Assembly (NCBI RefSeq): GCF_009914755.1 | Contig: NC_060926.1 | Source: the human T2T-CHM13v2.0 reference genome, Homo sapiens | Direction: 5' to 3' (one strand) | Length of the DNA: 64,000 nt | Shown: piece by piece, positions 1 to 64,000 of the stretch | How positions within the stretch are numbered: position 1 is the first letter of the stretch | How the letters are laid out: each line of letters begins with the position of its first letter | Position numbers and translations under genes: made by a program | The notes under the pieces: generated by a model | Seen by the model: the letters and a program-made list of their open reading frames with translations, nothing else | Database searches by the model: none | What the model was told of the DNA's origin: nothing

Positions 1-48
1 ACTCAGAGTCAGGTAGTTCTTATATAAATGCAAGAATGGACTAATACA
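1..48 (+). mobile_element. 3' end of a MaLR (MST/THE1-type) LTR, cut by the window edge
   Basis: ...caggtagttct...gcaagaatggactaataca terminus. Confidence 0.7.
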
Positions 49-94
49 AATGCATTGCAGGAGCCTTGCACAAGCTCCTTGGGGCTGGGGCTCA

Positions 95-55169
<55,075 letters not shown>

Positions 55170-56179
55170 TCACCTGGCTCAGAATGTGAGTTTGAAAAAG
55201 GCTCGCTAATCCCAGAGCAGTGGCGAGAGAAGAGCAGTCAGCTCCCCCTACTTCTGCAATGCAGAGCACTTCCCCTTCCGAACTATCGCTCCGTACTGTT
55301 AATGGCTGACACACTGGTCCTTAAATCCAGCCTGGAGTTTGGGGCCTGGGACCAGGACTCCCTGATAATCTGAGGAGAAATCTTTTGCTTTCTGGGTGTG
55401 CAGGATGCTTGGAAATGGGAAGAAATCTGACAGTAACTGCTTCGTTCAGTAAACGGGGAGTGATTTCAAGGCACTGAGTTGGGGAAAAAAATACCAGCTT
55501 GGGTGTCCTGTTTGGGTGAACTGAACAGGAGAAATGGGTAGGTCTGACATTCAGCCAGTGGGGCTTAAGTCATTATTAAAATATTAAAATGCTTCTGTAC
55601 CAGCCAATAAAGAACCACAGTTCCACCAGTGCCCCTTGCTTGTTGCTTCAGGCAACTGGCTCCTTCCCTGCTGCCCCGACCCCTCAATTTCCCAATTAAC
55701 CAGCACCCATAGGGTTTATCCATTGATTAGCCCAGCAGGGGTCTCAAGCATCCTGGGTTTCATCCAGCATCACTGGAGGTTGCCTGCCTGGTGGTTAAAT
55801 ATTAAGCGACTTGACTATCACCCCTGGAAGTGTTGTAACCAACACAGGGGTCATAAAAGTGTTAACAACAAACCCATTAAGATATTGTTTCTTTCCCCCA
55901 CCCTTTCATATCCTTGGAGGGCCAGGTTCTCAGACTGTGGCCAGGGAAGGCCTTACAGTGACATAAACAGGAAAGTACTTTTGGTTTGTTTGTTTCCTGG
56001 GAAATCATCCCATGGAAGGCTAGCAGACTCAGCTGGCCCTTTCCTGCTCTAAGTGAAGGTTTCCTGAGAACCTTAAAATCCTTTCCTACCCTCCAGAACG
56101 TCAATCCAGAATGACATGCAGAACAGGGCGTGGTCTCTGGCATGGGTATGAAAACACCAAGAGAAGGAAGTCATACCCA

Positions 56180-56608
56180 TCCATTGGTGACTGGGCAAAC
56201 TCCATATGGTACAGCCATATGATGGGACGCCAGTCAATGGTCAAAAATGGACCCGGAGACGTGCTATAAAATGGATGGACCTCAAAGACGTGATGCTAAG
56301 TTAAAGAAGCCAGACAGTAGGTGAAAGACCGCCTATTGAATGATTCCACTGATAGAAAATGTCTAGAAAAGGTAAATCTGTGGGGCCAGAAAGCAGATTA
56401 GTGGTTGTCTGGGGCTGGGAGTGGGCACAGGATTGACCGCAGACTAGCACCTAGGCTTTTTTTGGGGTGATGAAAATGCTCAGAAACGGGATTGTGGTGC
56501 TCTCTCCACAGCTCTATAAATCTGTTGGAAGTCACTGACTTGTACACTTAAAGTGGGTGCATTTTATGATATATAAATTACAGTCTGATAAAGGTGTTAG
56601 AAAAAAAG
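56180..56608 (+). mobile_element. Old L1M 3' end fragment
   Basis: atggatggacctcaaag..atgctaag..aaagaagccagaca; agaaagcagattagtggttg; A-rich end. Confidence 0.85.
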
Positions 56609-59451
56609 GAGAGAGAGGAAGAGAGAGGGAACCCAGGCCACAGGGCATTGGCCACATAGGGTGTCAAGAGCAGAAAACCGGAGCAGGGTGGCACTGGCAA
56701 CATGGAGAGAACAGGGCCTGCAGGGTACAACAAGGACAAGAAATGGGATGTCAACAGTGGGAGGAAAGATGCAGAGGAAGAGATATGGAAAGAAAGGGCA
56801 TTTGCTCATATGGATTTGCAGTGAGGCAGCAAAGCTTTAGCCAGTGGGTAAACTACAGCAGGGGTTGGAAGCTCCCGTTGCGCCTGTGTGCAGATGATCT
56901 CTGATCAACGTGTAGAAGATGCTGGCTTGTTAGATGCTGGCTTGGTTATTCCTGGCCAGAGAACAATTACTGTTTCCATGGAGCAAAGCCTTGAATCCCA
57001 AAACTTTTATCCGAATAACTGTGATCGATTATGCTTAACTGAACTACTCCATACATTTATCTGTGCTTTCAACCATCTTGTGAGATCTGGTCATTCAGAA
57101 ACAATCCTTTCTGTCTGAAAGTCACAATTACAGGACCCAAATCTGGTTTGATTCTAAAGAAGAAATGCCCAAATCTGTGGTAGCCGTGGCCAGCATCACT
57201 GGGGTTGGCCCTTCAGGCCATATTCCCCATGAAGAAGTCTCCATGCTACCCTCAGTCAGGATAGTGTGTGCTGGTGGTTGGGTGTGGAAGGAGAAGTGCC
57301 TGATGGAGAACCTTCAAATCCTGTTCTGGGTGGCTTGGGCATGCCAGATGAGTGTGCAAGAGGGGATGGACAGCACAAGGACCCTCAGCCCCTGCCACTC
57401 TGGCACTGGGGTGTATGCCTCTGAGAGGCATCTCTCATTCCAACCTTGATACACACCTATTTTTGTTTCCTGTAAAGCTATTACATATAGGTCTATGGGG
57501 CATTCTAAGAGAAATCGACATGAACGCTGCATTCAAGTTACTTATTGTCCAGTGTGAAGATGAAGTGTGTGTACCTTGGTGTGGAATAAAGTAGAAGGAG
57601 GTCAATGCTTCATAAAGGTGCAGATACAGCAGTGTGCGAGCTCAGAGGAAGGGGGAATTACACCAGGGTGGGGAGAGCAGGAGGGCTTCACAGAGAAGGC
57701 AGTATTTAAGTTGGTTTTGAATGCAGGGAAGGGCTTGAGGATGTGGGTGTGGGAGTGCAGTGCAGGGAGGAGATGTCTGGAGCAGAGGAACTGGTGTGAG
57801 GGCCATGTGGGCAGGGATAGGACCTGTCCTGCTGGGGAGCAAGGAGTGAGGAAGGAGGTAAAGATGGTGTGGACCTCTGAACAGAGATCAGGCAAGGAGG
57901 TTCTGCCATTATTTCAGGGAAAATGGAGAGCCACTGGAGGTTTCTAACAGGACAGTGGCAAGATCAAAGACCTCTTAGAGGATAATTGTGATGGGAGTAG
58001 TAAGCAGGATGGGGACCAGGAGAGGAGGCAGAGGCAGGGGAGACAGCATGAGAGGCATTTCTGCACACATCTCACACGCCTTCATCAGGTTTCTCTACAA
58101 ATCTTGGCAAGGTTATAGCCACGATTTCCGTGGGGTCTCCCCATGGGAAACAGTCCATAGATGAGTTTCTGGCTTGAGCCTCTGTAACCCTGGACAAAGC
58201 CCAAGCCTGGGATCTCAACTGGAAAACCAGGGCCCTAATACTGCTGTCTTGTTAAAGCAGGTGCAACCCTTAGGAAAATGCTGCTTCCAGGTAGCAAGAA
58301 AACAGGCACTTAGAGTGACAGAGAGGGTGAATAGAAGGACTCAGGTTCCCTGTGGGAGCATCAGGAAGGCACAGCTGCCTGGCTCGCCTGCACATCAGGG
58401 GGTGAGTGCCCCCACAGGGCACATTTCTCCACCAGGTCATCATGTCCTAATCTGTCATTCACAGGACCAGGGGCCAAGCCAGGCCCTGGTTTCAATGCTG
58501 AGCTATATGAGGGGTGTACCTTCCAGGAGGCCAGAGGGGCTTGAGCGAGTAAATGACATGTGTGTGCCTGGGGAGGGGGGACAGAATCGCGGCTATCCTC
58601 TAAATGGGTGCTCCCTGGGAAGCTGCATGTCTCCCTGCCCCTCTCTGTGCCTTCCTTCCTTATTACTAAGAGATTAGATCTGCGAAGTCTCTCACAGCCA
58701 CTGGGCCTCTTAGCATGGATGGGATGATGCCGGCTGAGGCTGGAATGGTTTCTAAATAGAAGAGTTTCTAAAGTGCTCTGCGCGGCGACAGCAGTGGCAG
58801 CTGCTGCTTAAAAGAGTTTGATTGACACTGTGAATTGCACATATTTTGAGTCAGGAACACGCACAACCATCAGGAAGATTCAATCAGATGGCAATATGGA
58901 ACCAGGCAGTGCTGCCTCTGTCCACCCGGGGCCACCCACACATGGGTGCCTCTGTCCATCCATGGGCCAACCCTCCCCCATGGCTCCAGCCCCCAGAGGC
59001 TGCAGGGAAGGGACAGTGGGACAAAGGTGGGACAAAGGTGAGCTGCTGAAGGATGGGTGGAGGGTGGGGCAGGAGCAGAGGCCGTCTAGGAATGGGGTCT
59101 GTGGGTGGTAGGTGATGGGCAGTCAGCAGGTAGAGCAGCACCAATCTAGGAGGCTCTTTTCTGTGGATGTGCTGGCCCAGAGACAGAGTGGGCATCAGGA
59201 CCACCCAGATTCAGGTTTCCCTACTTTCGAAGGTGCCTGGTTGTGTGTCTTTACCTGATAGGTGAAGAAGAGGTTGCTTCTGGCACCGCTTACTGTCTCC
59301 TTGCTGGAGATGGGAAAGGCTTCCTCAAGGCTCTCGCAGTCTCCTGGTTCTACCCACTCCTTTCCGTGAGTCCCCCAGAAGTACAGCTACCATGTCACTC
59401 TCCAGAGTCAGCTACGGCCTCAGGTCTGGAGTTCTACCACTTACTAGCTGG

Positions 59452-60760
59452 GCCACTTTGGGATTGAGGGAAAGTTCTGGCATGTACCAGGTGGACCACC
59501 ATGGGACTGAGGGAAAGTTCTGGTATGTATCAGGTAGACCACTCTGGGACTAAGGGAAAGTTCTGGTATGTACCAGGTAGACTACCAAGGGACTGAGGGA
59601 AAATTCTGTTATATACCAGGTAGACCTGACACTTAGTTGGGACCTGACACACTCTGGGACTGAGCAAGAGTCCTGGCATGTACCAGGTGGACTGCTGTGG
59701 GGCTGTGGGAAAGTTCTATCATGTATGAGGTGGCCCACTCTGGGACTGAGGGAAAGTTCTAGTATGTACCATGTAGACCACTCTGGGACTGAGGGGAGGT
59801 TATGGTATATACAGATGGACTACTCTGGGACTGAGGGAACGTTTTAGTGTCTACCAGGTAGTCCATTCTGGGATTGAGTGAAAGTTTTAGTATGTACCAT
59901 GTAGACCACTCTGGGACTGAGGGGAGGTTATGGTATATGCCAGGTGTACCACTCTGGGACTGAGGGAAGGTTCTGGTATGTACCAGGTGGACCACTCTGG
60001 GATGGGAGGAAAGTTCTAGAATGTACCCGGTGGACCACTCTGGGACCGGGGGTTAGTTCTAGTATGTACCAGGTGGTCCATTCTGGGACTGACGGAAAGT
60101 TCTAGTATGTACCAGGTAGAACACTGTGGGACTGAGGGGAGGTTGTGGTATATACAGATGGACCACTCTGGGATTCAGGGAAAGTTCTAGTATGTACCAG
60201 GTGGACCACTCTGGGACTGAGGGAAAGTTCTAGAATGTACCAGGTAGCCCACTCTGGGACCAAGGGAAAGTTCTAGTATGTACCAGGTGGTCCATTCTGG
60301 GATTGAGGGAAAGTTCTGGCATGTATCAGGTGGACCCTCTTGGACTGAGGGAGAAAATTCTAGTGTTTACCAAGTAGACCACTCTGGGACTGAGGGGAGG
60401 TTATGGTATGTGCCAGGTATACCACTCTGGGACTGAGGGAAGGTTCTGGTATGTACCAGGTGGACCACTCTGGGACTGAGGGGAGGTTGTGGCATATGCC
60501 AGGTGTACCACTCTGGGACTGAGGGAAGGTTCTGGTATGTACCAGGTGAACCACTCTCGGACCGAGGGAAAGTTCTAGTATGTACCAGGTGATCCATTCT
60601 GGGATTGAAGAAAAGTTCTGGCATGTACCAGGTAGACCACTGTGGGACTGAGGAAAAGTTCTAGTATGTACCAGGTGGTCCATTCTAGGATTGAAGGAAA
60701 GTTCTGGCATGTAGACCACTCTGGGACTGAGGGAAGGTTCTGACATATACCAGATGAGCC
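59452..60760. repeat. 43-bp minisatellite (VNTR), ~30 units; consensus CCACTCTGGGACTGAGGGAAAGTTCTAGTATGTACCAGGTGGA
   Basis: Read directly; 43-bp period (aaagttc at 60181 and 60224). Confidence 0.97.
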
Positions 60761-63700
60761 ACCCTGGGTTTGGCTGAAAGAAAGCAAGGACCCTGACACA
60801 TCACTGCCAAGACTGCGAGGGACAGGCCATCCTAGAGAACATAGTTACTCCTCTGCCCCACTTTGAAACCTCAGCTCTGGATGGGGAAAGGAGGCTGGGT
60901 TCCCCAGGATAGAAGAGGCTTCCCCTTCCTCTCTGTGGGCAGCCTGGTCAAGGAGAAGGGAAGCGTTAGCCCTTTGGGGTTCCTTCCACTCTCTCACCAA
61001 TCTGTGTTGCCTAAGAACGTGGCAGGGGAGTCTCCTCTCTTTCCCAGTGCTTAGCAGCAGAGATTTTGCTCCTGACCCTTCATAGTTCGTACCTGCTCAG
61101 CTCTTTCTGTTTCTTCAAAGAGGACACTTTTGATTGCATGGGTTGTTGTTGCTTTTTCTTTTCTTTTTTCCAGCCGGTGGAGTTTGGAACTTGTTATTAA
61201 AACAGACTTGGCTAGAGATCTTGGTTGGAGGCTGGCTTTGCATAAAGAATGCATTCGCCCTGACTCTTCTCATTCAGCTCTACAGAGACGCCTTTTGAAA
61301 ACAGACTCAGCGGGGATCTGGGAGGTGGCCATCTGGGCAGTGGGCCAAGTCTGGAAGGGCAGCTTCAGAATTGGGCGCCTCGGAGACTCATCGGGCAGAT
61401 CTCTGCCTGAGAAATGCCGATGCTGCTCACGTACGACTCAGAAAATGTACCATCTCATTCAGGCAACAGACTGTTAATGGACAGCGAATATAATGCCTTA
61501 TTTGCCACCCTGCCAGCCTTAGGGATTGACAAACCTAATTAAGTTCACTTAATGATTTTAAGTAGCTGACAGAAAGGTTTGTGTCTGATGTGGATGGAGG
61601 GAATGGCGAAGCTTTGGAGGGCAGAGCAGGATGGAGTGGCTGGACTGGGTAGAAGGCATTTGCCAGCTGGGCACCATGTCTCACATTCCTTCCTTGGCCA
61701 TTTAGTGGGCTCGGAAGAAGGGAGTGTCCTGCATCCCTTTTTGCTGCTGGTGCTTGTCTGGGCCCTGGCTGCTTAGGATAGAGCTGGCAGGTACTGTAGA
61801 GGAAAAACACTTTCTCCAATTTCTCGCTGCACAGTTAATTTGCTCTGCAAAAGTCTTCTAAAATGGGCTGTCATGAAGCTTGGGTCGCAGTAGGCATATC
61901 TATTAGAATAATATATGTGAAGAAAAAGCCCTGCCACATCCCTCCTATTATCTGTATAATGGACTTCAGCTCTAAGATGAAGATGGGAGCTGATGGACCG
62001 CTTTGGATTCCTGGGACCATCCTTGGCCATGTCAAACGCAATCATGGCTAGGAATGTGTGTCTTGGCTCTAGGAGTCTTTAACTTCTGCACAGTAAACTG
62101 GAGATGAGCTGGACATTCAAGGCCATACTCAGGAGTTGGGAACATACCCCTCCTGGCTCCATCCCACTCTTAGAAGTAATTTACCACCTCCTGCCTTGGT
62201 TTCCCCTCTAGGCATAACGACACCAGGAGCATGAGTAAAAGTCAACACAGAGCTTCCAGGGCTTTCAAGGGCCATAGAGATCTTTCACAATGAGTCTGGC
62301 TTGGTGAGGAAGCCCTTCTAGAAATAAGAGAGAAAATGAATTTTCAGCCAGGCTGAGCAAGCATGGAGAATCACTCAGACCCTTCCACATTCTCAGTTTG
62401 AGGCTTCCAGGCATTCTGTGCTCACTTTCGGGGGCTCAGCCTAAAGGCTCCTGGCTCCCTCCTGTGCTCTGGTGTGTCACCAACTGGAAAGGCCTGCTGC
62501 AAGGATGTTCCACCACAGCAGATGGAGACCCATCTCTGGCAAGTTCCTGTTTTTCTTTCATTCTCGAAATCTGTGTAGTGTATGTTGAGCTCTGCTGGGC
62601 CCTGGGTTTTGATGAGGAAAGACATTGCTTCCTGGAGCCATGGTCCAGCAAGCGAGGGGCCTGTGCACAAAAATACTCGACCTACAGTCAAATGCCAAGT
62701 GCCCTAGGGAAGGAGTCAAGTGCCTCTTGGGCCCCTGCCATTCTTTTGACTTGTGTGGTTGCAATGGAGATAGTAGCGGATGTGGGATGAGAGCTCAGGC
62801 CTCTTGCATCCCTGGCCAATTTTCCCATCATCTCTTGCAGAACCATCCAACTTGTCGAATCTCATTTAGTCTCATATGTACTCCGTACCATCGGAAAAGT
62901 AGAGCAAGCTCCTTGGGATGACTGGGGGCATGAGGGCTGTCTGGAGCTAGAAAGGCCCGCCATCCATTCTTCTTGGAGGGACAGGGATGTCTGCTCCCCG
63001 TTTCTTGGAACACACAAACATTTCCTCTGTCCTCTGTTGCTGTGTTGGCTTGCGGCTTGGGGAGCTGACATGGTACCGAGATGGCAGCACTGACAATGGC
63101 GAGAAGACCCAGAAAAAGGGTGGTTTCTACCTCTCTTCTCGCCTGACCAAAAGCATCTTTATGAGAGTAAATTAGAAGTCTTTTCTGCTTGGTGAGGACT
63201 AGTTTCAAAAAGTAGAGTGGAGTGAAGACTGGGTCTATATAGTTGGTGGGGCCCTGGGCAAGTTGCCAAAACTTTTAAGGTGCCATCTTGGTTTTTAAAA
63301 GAATCTATGTAAGATGTGTTTTTTTCCCCCAACAATGGAACCCTTTGTTTAGCATGAGATGCTAATTTATTGCTCCTGTTTTATATTATATGTTTACTAG
63401 TAACATGTGCTTCCTCAGGCAGTGCCACAAATGACATCTCTCCCCCTCTTTCTTTGAGCAGAGATTATCTGAGCAGGTACTGTAAATCACACACTTGTGC
63501 CTATAGCTAGGAGTGTAGAGATGTGTAAGACGTGGACCTTGCTCCCGAGGATTTCAGTCAGTGATGTGATTCACGTTATTTACTGACCGGGAATTGCTGA
63601 AGTCTCTTTTAGTTGTGCCCCCTATAGAGCTAGAAGCTACTCAAGCTGGAAAAACATTGCATCTGGACAATGAGAGAGAAGTCAAGAAAGACTTAAAATA

Positions 63701-64000
63701 ATGAAAAGTCTTGGAGAATGGTAGAACTATGGGCGAAACTCTCACTAGGCAGTGGGGTGTGCTGGTGGGAGCAATGTGGAAGGTGTGGGTGGGACACCAG
63801 TCAGGCAGCTGGAAACCCAGGTGTGGAACCCAGGTGGACATAAAGATATTTGAGTCATCTGCATAGAGGTAAGGGTGGAAGTTATGAGCATTGATGAGGT
63901 TCCTGGCGCGGGGGTGGGGGCAGCATAGATAGAACTGGATTCTTTGCTTCAAATATTGGAAGCTCAATTATCTCCTAAATTGCAGGCTTTGTGTTTAGGG

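Noticed and set aside
59550-60799. Repetitive ORFs or CRISPR-like array in the 43-bp repeat
   Set aside because: Plain minisatellite with no spacers; the period is not a multiple of 3.

Overview
Human genomic DNA (chr2p23) lying entirely inside the ALK receptor tyrosine kinase gene on the minus strand. Fourteen coding exons (exons 10-23 in standard numbering, 1,828 nt in total) can be read with canonical AG/GT borders. They join into one continuous frame running from the end of the second MAM domain through the TNF-like/glycine-rich and EGF-like regions, the transmembrane helix and the juxtamembrane region to the kinase N-lobe and hinge. F1174, L1196 and G1202 are wild-type. The rest is intronic: Alus, L1/L2/MIR relics, solo LTRs, MER DNA-transposon relics, two ~1-kb minisatellites and several short repeats. 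Intron 19, the known fusion-breakpoint and ALK-ATI region, is included. Nearly all ORFs in the supplied track outside the exons are noise. I found no convincing new gene or multi-component system. The most unusual structures are: (i) two near-identical inverted duplications inside ancient LINEs (16031-17248, 39158-39616); (ii) a ~100-bp direct repeat bracketing exons 10-11; (iii) a 33-bp VNTR built from the L2 3' tail; (iv) a set of in-frame cryptic acceptors upstream of exon 20. Repeat subfamily names and element borders were called by eye and are approximate.
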